A stretch of 64,000 nt of DNA from Candidatus Bathyarchaeota archaeon (GTDB lineage: Archaea; Thermoproteota; Bathyarchaeia; Bathyarchaeales; Bathycorpusculaceae). The DNA lies in the NCBI GenBank assembly GCA_963775685.1, contig CAVZJV010000005.1, positions 1 through 64,000 of the forward strand, written 5' to 3'. Within the stretch, counting starts at the first letter, position 1; each line of letters opens with the position of its first letter. This document shows, piece by piece, positions 1 through 9,258 of the stretch. The translations under genes and the position numbers were made by a program. The notes below the pieces were generated by a model. It had not been told where the DNA came from and did not search any database. It saw only the letters and a program-made list of their open reading frames with translations.

Positions 1-110
1 GCTAGTGAAGAAGCACTTCAATTAGATGTTTAATTATGGTAAAGATTCAAACATGTTCATAACACCGTTATACTTATTAAGGGAGACCGTAGAAAATATA
101 ATGTGTACAG

Positions 111-481
111 GTGATTTTTTTGAAAGATGAAAAATTTGTTTTGTATGTGCAAACAAGTGATAATCCTGAAAGACAATACTCTCCGCTAGTTTTGGCACAA
201 ACAGCGAAAGCTATGGGTCTAAACCCAAGAGTTTATTTTCTAGGGCAAGGTCTTAGGATCCTTCTTCCGGGCGCAGCCGAAAAAATAAAGCTTGGTACCT
301 TCCCCAGTGTTGCGGAAATGTTGCAAAAAACCATGCAATGGGAATCGAAATTGATGTCTGTGAAGCTTCCAAACAAATGCTCGGATGGGATAAAGTAACC
401 TTAATACCAGGAGTCAAAATCGTAGGCACGGCAACTTTAAATGACTTAGCCCTAACTGCAAATGCCACAATGTGGTTCTAA
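111..481 (+). CDS. DsrE/DsrF-like sulfur-relay protein, one apparent frameshift near 340
   Basis: The N-part VLYVQTSDNPERQYSPLVLAQTAKAMG..VYFLGQG continues in another frame as GIEIDVCEASKQMLG...VGTATLNDLALTANATMWF, ending TAA at 479-481. This is typical DsrE architecture, next to tusA. Confidence 0.8.
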
Positions 482-525
482 ACTACCACAACATCTTAAA
501 ATAGAAATGATTCGGAGAGGAAGTT

Positions 526-762
526 GTGGCTGCTAAGATCTATAAAAAACTCGATACCTTGGGATTATATTGTCCCGAACCAGTCTTCAGAACTAGATTA
601 GCACTTGATGAAATGGAGATAGGTCAGATTTTGGAGGTTGTTGCTGATGATCCTGCTGCAGAAGCAGACATCAATAGCCTTGTAAAGTACACAGGACAAG
701 AGTTGGTTTCTATTTCTAAAGAGGGCAATATCCTTCGGATTTTGATTAAAAAAATAAGTTAA
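526..762 (+). CDS. tusA: Sulfurtransferase TusA family protein
   Basis: LDTLGLYCPEP motif, EVVADDPAAEADI, 78 aa. Confidence 0.9.
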   Translation: MAAKIYKKLDTLGLYCPEPVFRTRLALDEMEIGQILEVVADDPAAEADINSLVKYTGQELVSISKEGNILRILIKKIS

Positions 763-860
763 AATGTCCCTAATGCACCCCCGGACTAAGTTTTTGCATA
801 AAATAACTTACTTTTGGTCTCTGCTATTTTTGAGGTTAATTTCCTTTTGGTAATTGCATG

Positions 861-918
861 TGCTGTGCAATGACAGGGTCTTTAGATGTGAGGAGGGTGC
901 CCTTTAAGGAGGTGTACT
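861..918 (+). repeat. Dispersed non-coding 58-bp repeat, copy 1
   Basis: Manual alignment to the reverse complement of 9169-9225 gives 49/58 identities with one gap. Confidence 0.8.
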
Positions 919-1419
919 AACGAGTGATTGTTTTTTCCATTTTAACAAGCCTCTATGTCTTGCAGAACAGCTTCTACATCTTTTCTGGTCTGCTGGAATT
1001 TTTCTCCACTCAGGCGTCTTTGCGCGAGCTTTTAACTTTTTCTTGCAATCACAACAGTAATATTTCGTTGGCTTTTCCCTAATTCAAAGACTTGCAAGTT
1101 TTATTTCACACCAATCTATTTTTTATTTATGTCCTAGGTCTCTTTTTTATATTTTTATCGGCAAAGATACTGTTGCATTTCTTGATGATAAGAAAATGCC
1201 TTTTACAACGCTGGATCCTCAAGTTGAAGAGAGTTTCGTTAGGGATATATTCGCTATTAAGTCTTCTTGTTTGGTTTTAGCAAGCTTCAAGCAATCGAAG
1301 CGTCTTGAGATACCGCTATCATAGAGTTGTAGTGGACGCATTCAATGAAAAATCAATTTACACCTATTGTAAACACGACATAATAAAAAAAGATATGACC
1401 AACCTCAAGGCTGTTAAAT

Positions 1420-2143
1420 TAATAATTATGAATCTATTTTGAATCGCAGAGTGATCTTGTCTGCTCCAGCCTTTGCCTTGAGTTCGGCGGGTGTCCCTTC
1501 GGCTACGATTTTTCCTTGATCTACATGCATAATCTGTTGGCTAAGCGATCTGCTTCTTCCATGTATTGTGTGGTTAGAAATATTGTCGTGCCTTAACGGT
1601 TGAGTTTGATTATGTATCCCAGATGTCTTGCCTGCTCTGAGGATCTAGCCCCGTTGTGGGCTCATCCAGAACAGAATTTTTGGATCTGAAAATAGCGATG
1701 AGCTACGTCTAGTGTTTTCTCATTCCTCCCGAAAATGTTTTCAATCGTCTATCGGCGGCCTCAGAGAGGCGAATAGTTTGGAGGAGCTCGTTTACATTGG
1801 TTTTTGCTTTTTCCTTTGGAATATGGTGAAATCTGCATTGGAGCATAAGGTTCTCGCGGGCGGTGAGGTCTTCATCTACGCCTACTTTCTGTGAGGAGTA
1901 GCCGATTATTCGTTTCACTTTTGCTTGGTCAGCATCGATGTTTAGTTTATCGATTGTGGCGTTTTTCAGAGGTTTTTTCCAGCAATGTTGTGAGAATTTT
2001 TATTGTTGTGCTTTTGCCCGCCCCGTTTGGGCCCAAGAAACCGAAGATCTCTCCTTTCTTAACTGTAAATGATATGCCATCTACAGCAATTACGTTTTTT
2101 TATAAGTTTTATGCAGATTATCGATAACTACGATGTCTTCCAC
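1420..2143 (-). pseudogene. ABC transporter ATP-binding subunit (DrrA/ABC-2 type), decayed
   Basis: [17 protein letters not shown] Walker A, FSGGMRK signature and LDEPTTGLDP are spread over several frames with stops. No permease gene is adjacent. The 3' end is approximate. Confidence 0.8.
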
Positions 2144-2201
2144 TCAAATAGTCATCATTAAACAAAATAATAAGAAAAAAAGAAGGTATTTTTGTTTTGC
2201 T

Positions 2202-2618
2202 CTACTTTGGAATGAGCACTTTGTCGATTATGTGAATTACGCCATTATCTGCTTTAACATCAGCTGTAATTATGTTTGCATCATTAATTTTGACAGACTT
2301 ATGAAGATGCCATTTTGCTGCATCAACTTTGAGGTCTTGTCCTTGAAGAGTTGTTAAATTCTTATGTTGAACCACATCAGATGCTGGTACAGCTGCATCA
2401 ATCACGTGGTATGTTAGAATTGCCGTCAGTTTTGGGATGTCTTTTAGAAGACCTTCTACAGTTCCCGGTGGTAGTTTCGCAAATGCAGCGTCAGTAGGAG
2501 CAAAAACAGTGTACGGACCTTTAGTGTTTAAGGTTTCGACTAGTCCAGCGGCTTGAGTAGCTGCTACTAGCGTCTTGAAATTGCCAGCAGCAACTGCAGT
2601 ATCACAAATTCCACCCAT
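2202..2618 (-). CDS. Fasciclin (FAS1) domain protein
   Basis: YTVFAPTDAAF, ILTYHV and NGVIHIIDKVL FAS1 motifs. Confidence 0.92.
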   Translation of the reverse strand: MGGICDTAVAAGNFKTLVAATQAAGLVETLNTKGPYTVFAPTDAAFAKLPPGTVEGLLKDIPKLTAILTYHVIDAAVPASDVVQHKNLTTLQGQDLKVDAAKWHLHKSVKINDANIITADVKADNGVIHIIDKVLIPK

Positions 2619-2736
2619 TATCTTTCACCTCCTAAGAAAAATAGTACTCTATCACTATACTAGTTTGCATTAAGACAAGTATAAGCTTGTCGTGTTTGAA
2701 AGTCATAATTAATACGTCATTTTTAGATTCCTGCAA

Positions 2737-2890
2737 TTAAAATTCGTAATCTATTGCCATGTTTTCTGCTGCCGCTCGGTTAAGAGCCAAGCACAGAATG
2801 CTGAAGAGTGCATACGAAGCTACGTCGCGTAAGCCTCTAACCTTATAGAGGGGCTAGACCGTAATGTGTCTTAAGGAATCTGTAGATTGC
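2737..2890 (-). pseudogene. C-terminal fragment of a DDE-type IS transposase
   Basis: The minus strand reads IYRFLKTHYGLA..(shift)..KVRGLRDVASYALFSILCLALNRAAAEN, resembling the LK...RGL-helix C-terminus of IS4/IS5-superfamily transposases. Confidence 0.5.
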
Positions 2891-2958
2891 CAAGATATGA
2901 GGTTCTTATAATACTGGCACGCGCTACTTTGGCGGCATCATGCTACTTAACAATTCGG

Positions 2959-3309
2959 TCAGAGGCGTATGCTTATCAGTTCATCTTCCACGATCTTTTC
3001 GTTGGCGAGACGGTAATAGGTGATTACTCGGGCAGAGACCTTTTTTCCGTTGGCGAGGGTGACGTTCATGTTGCCCCGAAAAACGACTGAATCGCCTTCG
3101 GCTACCAGGTCTGAGATTTCAAAATCGCGTGCCGGCAAAGAAACCTTCAGGCCAGAAACCACAGCTTTGAAGCCAATGCGGTTGGTTACGCCCATACTCG
3201 GATTCACATAGTCCGGTGCAAGCAATTCGTCGATAAGGTCAATATTGCCTTTGCCTAACACTTCTTTGATGAATTTGCGTGCGATGACTTTGTTATTATC
3301 AGTGGTCAT
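2959..3309 (-). CDS. SnoaL-like/NTF2 ester cyclase family protein
   Basis: NKVIARKFIKEVLGKGNIDLIDELLAPDYV..ISDLVAEGDSVV..YRLANEKIVE pattern. Confidence 0.85.
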   Translation of the reverse strand: MTTDNNKVIARKFIKEVLGKGNIDLIDELLAPDYVNPSMGVTNRIGFKAVVSGLKVSLPARDFEISDLVAEGDSVVFRGNMNVTLANGKKVSARVITYYRLANEKIVEDELISIRL

Positions 3310-3745
3310 TCCAGATTCTCCTTTGTTTCAAAAGCCTGCGCTGCTTAATGAAAATATGTTGGTGCGACTTTGAAGTCACAGCCATTGAACGTGAGCTTAA
3401 TTTAGGGGACAAACCAGCGCGCCATACTGCTCGCATGCATCAATGAAGCGTTTATCCTGCATTAATTGGATGCATACAAACTCAGATGTGGTACAAGCTG
3501 TGCAAGTATAATCGCTGCTTTTTGTCGAGTATTTTCTTTTTTTTTAGGATATACGCCTAATTTACCTTGATTTTACTATAGTTAATGCCTTGAATATCCT
3601 TCAATTGAAATGGATATAGTCAGTTAATGCTGAAGGTGATATGGTGGCCAAGGAGGAGGGAATTAAATTAAAAATTAGCCGTTAAGGTTGCGGTATTTCG
3701 AAACTTAGTTCAAATTCAGAAACCATAAAAGGATATGACAACAAA

Positions 3746-5023
3746 ATGAGTTTGAACTACGAAATGAAAAGCAATCTAAACGATAAGGCTGTTGATGAAT
3801 TCTTAAACAGCCAAACGAAAGAAGGAACTTTCAAGAGTTACAAAACTGTAATGAAACAATACCTGCAATATACCCAGAAGACGGGGCAAGAACTTTTAGA
3901 CATAAAGAAAGCCGACACGACTTTTCAAGTTGAAAATTCTATGCTTAACTATCGCAAACACATACTAAGCAAAGGAAAATCAGAGAATTATGCCGTTGGT
4001 TCAATCATGACAATTAGGGGATTCTATGCTTACTATCGTATGCCGTTAATGTTTAGAAAGCAAGAATCACGTAAACTTGGTGAGAAAAACCGCACCACAA
4101 CAGATTATCTATTCGACAAAGAAGACCTTGCAAAAATGGCTCTTGCTGGAAACCTAAAAGAACGCTATGTTTTGCTTGTTGGGAAATCCATCGGATTAAG
4201 AGCAAGTGATTTCTTGAGCCTTACATACGGGCAGCTTAGAAGCCTAAAACTTGAAAATGAAGCTCCTATCGCTCTCGGTGAAATAGCTACAAAGAAGGAG
4301 AGGATAAGGGCATTTCCGTTTTTAGACAGCGATGCAATACCGATTGTTAAGGCGTGGTTAGATAGCCATAAAGAACCAAAAGATAGCGACAAAATTCTCG
4401 ATGATACAGAGGATAATCTTAGCGTTATACTGCAAACTTTGGCGAAAAAGTCTGGAATGGAGATTGAGAACGGAGCAGTTCACGGCAAAAGGGTTAGATT
4501 TCATTGTATGCGTAAATTCCTTATTGACCGTTTAAGTGCTTATGCTGGTGAATCGCAATGGAAGCAAATCGTAGGCAAAAGTATTGATGAAGGCGCATAT
4601 GTTAGCCAAGATCAATTAAGAGGTATATTTCTTAGAGCAATGCCTACGCTTTTGATTGACGGAAATGGATTTAAAGCCAAAAAGCTGGAAGAGTTAGAAA
4701 ATGCGTTAAGAGCCGTTGAAAGCGAAAATGGTATATCTAAAACACGCATTGACATGATGCAGAAAACGGTTGATGAACAAAACATAAAGTTTGACCGATT
4801 ACTTGGAAATTGGGAAAGCTTGTTCAAAGGAACAAAAGATATAATCCAAGACCAAAAGAGAACAATTACTGAACTCCTAACAGAAGACTACCCAATAACC
4901 ATTAGCGTAATTGACTCTGAAACAGGAAAACGAACGATAGAAACCATTAACACCCCTGAAGAGTTGAAAAGATTCAGGGAGGACTTAAGAAAACGGCAAG
5001 AAAGTGAGATACATGCGCACTGA
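3746..5023 (+). CDS. Tyrosine recombinase/integrase with C-terminal coiled coil
   Basis: Catalytic-type motifs GLRASD (R), TKKE (K), RFHCMRK (HxxR), IVGK in place of the usual GH, and EGAYV (Y). The N-terminal region is helical and the tail is heptad-rich. Confidence 0.88.
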   Translation: MSLNYEMKSNLNDKAVDEFLNSQTKEGTFKSYKTVMKQYLQYTQKTGQELLDIKKADTTFQVENSMLNYRKHILSKGKSENYAVGSIMTIRGFYAYYRMPLMFRKQESRKLGEKNRTTTDYLFDKEDLAKMALAGNLKERYVLLVGKSIGLRASDFLSLTYGQLRSLKLENEAPIALGEIATKKERIRAFPFLDSDAIPIVKAWLDSHKEPKDSDKILDDTEDNLSVILQTLAKKSGMEIENGAVHGKRVRFHCMRKFLIDRLSAYAGESQWKQIVGKSIDEGAYVSQDQLRGIFLRAMPTLLIDGNGFKAKKLEELENALRAVESENGISKTRIDMMQKTVDEQNIKFDRLLGNWESLFKGTKDIIQDQKRTITELLTEDYPITISVIDSETGKRTIETINTPEELKRFREDLRKRQESEIHAH

Positions 5024-5234
5024 AGAACGCAATGACCTATATTACGAGCAATCTTAGAAGAATTAAAAACCGATGATTACACGATAAAAGTTACCTGATA
5101 CTCAATCGTTACACCCCTAAATTTTCCCGTTTTCTTCCCTTTCCTCTATTTTTCCTTTAAATGATACATGTCATTTGATTTTTTGAAGAGCATCGTTGGT
5201 TGTTTAAAAAGAGATACGAGTATGGGTTTTTGAG

Positions 5235-6287
5235 ATGAATGAAATGACAAAAAACGTAGTTCAAAATTGTGAAATATTCCCTAATGTGATTGTGCATATC
5301 CAGCTCAACGAATCCATAGCTCTGTTTGATTTGAATACGCAATTCCTTGATGCCTTAGTTTATCCCGATTCTGAGGTTGAAGAAGGAATTATTGAGCCAT
5401 ATGGGTTATTGTGTTTTGGAATAGAACGCGATAAAGAGTTAATCGTTAAAGCTTTAGAGTCGGCAGTTCTGCAATATCCTGACCTCAAGCGGATTGTATT
5501 ATATTGTTTGCCTTCTCTTTGCAAAGAAGCAGAATGTATAAAGCAATGCTTACAATCGGCTCGTATTGAGGTAGATGTTCGTTTCTTGCCGAAATTATGG
5601 TCTGCGCCTAATATGTTTTCCATAATATTGACGGAAGGCTCGATTGATGCCAAAAAGTCGGTTGCTTCTATTTTGAGCGAAATTCGTTCGGCTCTAAACG
5701 GGCAAGCGTATGACTTAGTCGGGTTTCAGTTCGATAGGGCAAATAGCAGAGTCGGCAATATTATAATGAAGGCGCTTAGGTTTAGCGGTTATGAAATTAG
5801 ATTTTTAGGATTCGGTCGAGAAGACAGCGAAGCTTATGAAATCTCAAATAAGAAACGTGTTTTGGCAAACTTCACAGCTACCACTTTGGCGAGCAAGGGG
5901 CGGGTGTCTTTGGATAGGGGGCTTGAAGTGCAAAATCAAGTTACGATGGAATATAGAAAAGTAAATTCGCGAATTATAATATCCACTCAACGAACTAAAC
6001 CAGACATCGTTGCTTATGACCCCCATGGAACGGTTATTGAAGTTGTAGCGGTAAAGTCCTATTCTCTTGAGGTCACAAATGGTCGCGGATGCAGAAATTG
6101 TAAGGGGCACAAATACGTGGCAAGCTTTAAAGCGTGTAGAGATGCAAAAGCTGAATGCGTAGCGGCAAAAAAGCACGGCTTAAGTCAATTGCGGTTAATA
6201 GTGATTAACCTCAAAACGAATAGAAGGATATTTGATGATAAAGTCGGATTCACTGATAAAGTGACGCTTCGAGAGAGCGATGGCTGA
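5235..6287 (+). CDS. Hypothetical protein with possible C-terminal PD-(D/E)xK nuclease-like domain
   Basis: 350-aa ORF. GLEVQNQV...KPDIVAYDPHGTVIEVVAVKS resembles Hjc-like nucleases. It also has a CRNC motif. Confidence 0.5.
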   Translation: MNEMTKNVVQNCEIFPNVIVHIQLNESIALFDLNTQFLDALVYPDSEVEEGIIEPYGLLCFGIERDKELIVKALESAVLQYPDLKRIVLYCLPSLCKEAECIKQCLQSARIEVDVRFLPKLWSAPNMFSIILTEGSIDAKKSVASILSEIRSALNGQAYDLVGFQFDRANSRVGNIIMKALRFSGYEIRFLGFGREDSEAYEISNKKRVLANFTATTLASKGRVSLDRGLEVQNQVTMEYRKVNSRIIISTQRTKPDIVAYDPHGTVIEVVAVKSYSLEVTNGRGCRNCKGHKYVASFKACRDAKAECVAAKKHGLSQLRLIVINLKTNRRIFDDKVGFTDKVTLRESDG

Positions 6288-6462
6288 CATTTTATTCCAG
6301 CATTTCCCTTTTTTCCCTTTTTTTGGTTCATTGCTCAACATACAGATTAGCAATTTAGTATCTTTTCGAAGGCAGAAGTATAAGGGGTGTAACTTGTAAC
6401 AAGTAACGGCAAGAGCGGGAAAATTTGTAATGCCTCTGATAAAATCCATTGGAGAAATAAAA

Positions 6463-6609
6463 ATGGAAATCATCAACGGTGCGTTATCAGACTTAAAAAT
6501 CCTTACAAGAAGGCAGTGCTCTACTCATTACAACAAACCAATTTTATTTATGCTAATTACCGAAGAAGAATACAGCGAAATGAAGATCCATAATCCGACC
6601 ATAAAATAA
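6463..6609 (+). CDS. Small hypothetical protein (48 aa), not in the ORF track
   Basis: GGAG RBS upstream of ATG 6463. Reads MEIINGALSDLKILTRRQCSTHYNKPILFMLITEEEYSEMKIHNPTIK. Confidence 0.4.
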   Translation: MEIINGALSDLKILTRRQCSTHYNKPILFMLITEEEYSEMKIHNPTIK

Positions 6610-6680
6610 GCATTCAAAACCGAATGAAAGCAGAATTTTTTACCTAGTAGAATGAAAAACTCTGAAACTTCATATATTGG

Positions 6681-6706
6681 AATTAGTCAAGAAAGTTTGA
6701 CTAATT
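6681..6706. promoter_or_regulatory. Perfect 10-6-10 palindrome (operator or recombinase core-type site)
   Basis: AATTAGTCAA-GAAAGT-TTGACTAATT. Confidence 0.55.
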
Positions 6707-6764
6707 TCAGTCAAGGAACTTTTACGAATAGCTTTTTATCACCTTTGATTGGTTAATACTAAGC

Positions 6765-7658
6765 ATGGGTAATATCGGCAAGAGTTTGGCATTGGTTCTA
6801 ATTATAATCATGGCTATCTCAAGTCTAACTCTAATGTTGGTTAAACCTGCAAGTGCTCAAACAATACCCTCTCCAGCTGTGCCTGAATTTACGTTAAAAC
6901 TCGTCCAGCATATCCTAAATTTTCCTCCAACATCATCCATTGACCCTTTTACAGGAAAACAAACAGTTAACGCAGGCTCCCAATTGGAATGGACAACGAT
7001 AGACATTACAATTATAAACCAAAATTTCAATGGCAAAACAGAATTTGGTGACAACACTTACACTGGCATGATGTATGATGTTGAGTTTAAGGGACACTTC
7101 GTCAATGATTGGACACAACTGGGCCCAATCAACGGTGAAGGAGCGGCTGGACCTTATTTTATTCAAAAATCAGGTTCAGCAACGGTAGTGTCGTTAGCCC
7201 TCAATGAGGCAGATATTAATACAATAACTATTTACGCGCTTGACAGTAGACCTGATAGTATAGTAACAGTTCCAGAGGGGGGTCAAGCCGATATTCGCAT
7301 TCAAGCTATGGCGGGCAATGCTTATACAAGCCGCGTTATTCCTTTCGACTCTTGGCATTTTAACGGCACTGAAAGCGAATGGAGCAATGTCCAAACCATA
7401 ACCTTCAACGAAGCAGACGCTACAACTGTAATTGTCAAACCATCAGAACAAACGCCTACCCCTACATTAACTGCTACGACTTCGCCAACGCCAACCCCAA
7501 CTCCAACCGTTCCAGAGTTTCCAACTTTGATAATCCTGCCACTTTTTGCAGTAGCAACACTTCTATCATTTGTATTTATCAGAAAGAGAATAGCCAAAAA
7601 TGCAACCAAATATTTAAGCAACTATGTAATTATGTTTACTTTAGATTTTGAACTATAA
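6765..7658 (+). CDS. Secreted surface protein with PT-rich linker and PEF-CTERM sorting signal
   Basis: Signal peptide (..VKPASA), PTPTPT linker, then VPEFP + hydrophobic helix + RKR. Confidence 0.85.
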   Translation: MGNIGKSLALVLIIIMAISSLTLMLVKPASAQTIPSPAVPEFTLKLVQHILNFPPTSSIDPFTGKQTVNAGSQLEWTTIDITIINQNFNGKTEFGDNTYTGMMYDVEFKGHFVNDWTQLGPINGEGAAGPYFIQKSGSATVVSLALNEADINTITIYALDSRPDSIVTVPEGGQADIRIQAMAGNAYTSRVIPFDSWHFNGTESEWSNVQTITFNEADATTVIVKPSEQTPTPTLTATTSPTPTPTPTVPEFPTLIILPLFAVATLLSFVFIRKRIAKNATKYLSNYVIMFTLDFEL

Positions 7659-7748
7659 CTCGGAAACCCACAATTTAAACGGCGAAATTAAAATTTAATC
7701 CAAAGAACAAATAACAAAAAGATGAACTCGAACAACTATACACCTTAA

Positions 7749-8252
7749 TCAAAAGCGTAATAATAGTTTCCTTGTTAATGAAGAAACTTTCTTATTTGTA
7801 ACCGGAAGCCCTGTTTTCTTCGCGACTATTTCTAAAGATTCTTTTACGATGGTTTGGGCAGCTTTTCCAATTGCTTCTGGAAAAATCAATTCTCCGGTGC
7901 AAACACCTTTGCAGTTTATGACTGCAAGGGGGTTTAAGTCAACAAAAATCCTATTTGTTTTATCATCGTAATCTGTGATAATAAATGGCTCCAAAACGCA
8001 TATTGACGGTTTAACATCTTGAACCTTACAAATTCCTTCTTCAGTTAAGAAGAAACAGCTTCCGTCTTTCTTTCTGCGAATGTTCCTGTTAGAAGGGTCA
8101 TTAGGGTCTTCCAAAAAATTCACGAATCCTTTAGCTTCAATCCATTGTTGTTCTTTCAAATTAATATCTGGCGGCTCGTCTCTGCAACAAACTCCACAAT
8201 TCGTACATTGAAAGCCTACTGAATCGGGAAAAATGACATTTTCAAATTGCAT
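7749..8252 (-). CDS. YkgJ-family CxxCxxCC cysteine-cluster protein
   Basis: FQCTNCGVCC..CFFL..C..KPSICVLEPF..CKG. Confidence 0.88.
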   Translation of the reverse strand: MQFENVIFPDSVGFQCTNCGVCCRDEPPDINLKEQQWIEAKGFVNFLEDPNDPSNRNIRRKKDGSCFFLTEEGICKVQDVKPSICVLEPFIITDYDDKTNRIFVDLNPLAVINCKGVCTGELIFPEAIGKAAQTIVKESLEIVAKKTGLPVTNKKVSSLTRKLLLRF

Positions 8253-8735
8253 GGTAACCCATACCTATTAAAAGCTAAATGGGCAAAAACACAGTTAAGC
8301 TTTTCAATTCGTCTTCTGAAATATACGTCTTAGTTTTTTAGACATTCATTATTTATTATTTATTTACTTTCTACTGCCTATCCAGAATAAATTATCTTTT
8401 AATCTGGTTAAAACAGCAAAACCCACTAGTAATCGTTAAAGTGTGTGGGATTAAAATTTAATTTTTTTCCCCCTCAACTTCTAACTAACTACTACTGACT
8501 ACTTCTCTCATCTAACCACTCTCACTACTACTCTCTCTCCTTTAGCACACACAAGACAAACAAACAGACAAACAAAAAATGCGTGCCTAACGAGGTAAAT
8601 GAATTACTCCTGTCTGCACAAGAGTAATCAGAAAGCCGTTTATTTTTGGCACCCCAAGACCTAAAAAAACACTATAATCGTTTCGTCAGATTAAAACCAG
8701 AATAACCGCATGAACCAAAGCTAATCCACCAACAA

Positions 8736-9083
8736 TCAATAAAACTTGCTTAGACTCCCTCCATTCTCAATTAGCTTTTTTCTATCTTCCCAATCTTCCT
8801 TACTAAAGCTACCATAATTCTTTCTATACATGCCATAACTAACATTTTCAGAGGAACCTAATGACCATAGAGAGCCTAAAGCGACAAGAATCCCACCCTC
8901 AATGAAGAAGAGAACTCCTAGATTAGTCAGTAAGTTACTTCCAAAGAAATAGCTATAATGTTGCAAAATTTGAAAGCCAAAAAGTTCTACAGCAAGAATA
9001 TTTGAAATAATTAAAACTCCAAAAAAGGGTAATGACCAAACGAAAATGCTTAACCATTTAGGGCGCTTTGCATCATTCAACAA
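8736..9083 (-). CDS. Small membrane protein; the C-terminus probably extends by frameshift to ~8686
   Basis: Two hydrophobic helices, with a third (LLIVGGLALVHAVILVLI) in another frame. Confidence 0.55.
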   Translation of the reverse strand: MLNDAKRPKWLSIFVWSLPFFGVLIISNILAVELFGFQILQHYSYFFGSNLLTNLGVLFFIEGGILVALGSLWSLGSSENVSYGMYRKNYGSFSKEDWEDRKKLIENGGSLSKFY

Positions 9084-9168
9084 AGAGTAAAACCCAAAAT
9101 CTAATAGAGTATAATCCTGCTTTTAACACCTTGCCTTCCTAATCTAAGCAAAAACACCTCGGGTAGCG

Positions 9169-9225
9169 AGTACACCTCCTAAAGGGCACCCCCCTCGCAC
9201 CTAAGGACTCTGTTTTTGCACAACA
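9169..9225 (-). repeat. Dispersed non-coding 58-bp repeat, copy 2 (inverted)
   Basis: The reverse complement TGTTGTGCAAAAACAGAGTCCTTAGGTGCGAGGGGGGTGCCCTTTAGGAGGTGTACT matches 861-918. Confidence 0.8.
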
Positions 9226-9258
9226 AGCCAGCAAACAAAAGAGAAAGTAAAACTATCA

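Larger units (their letters stand above)
3662..7699. mobile_element. Putative ~4.0 kb tyrosine-recombinase element with imperfect terminal inverted repeats
   Basis: 3662-3717 matches the reverse complement of 7644-7699 at 40/56 positions without gaps. The interval holds an integrase, a nuclease-like ORF, a small ORF and a PEF-CTERM gene. Confidence 0.6.

Noticed and set aside
950-1320. Decayed minus-strand reading frame
   Set aside because: Several stops and no recognisable family, so it cannot be called.
3642-3666. Possible tRNA 3'-end (att) remnant: the reverse complement ends ..CTTGGCCACCA next to the integrase
   Set aside because: There is no TTCRA T-loop at the correct spacing, no remaining cloverleaf, and no second direct copy in the window. 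At most it is a very degenerate relic.
7455-7510. CCAAC-type short tandem repeats
   Set aside because: They simply encode the Pro/Thr linker of the surface protein.
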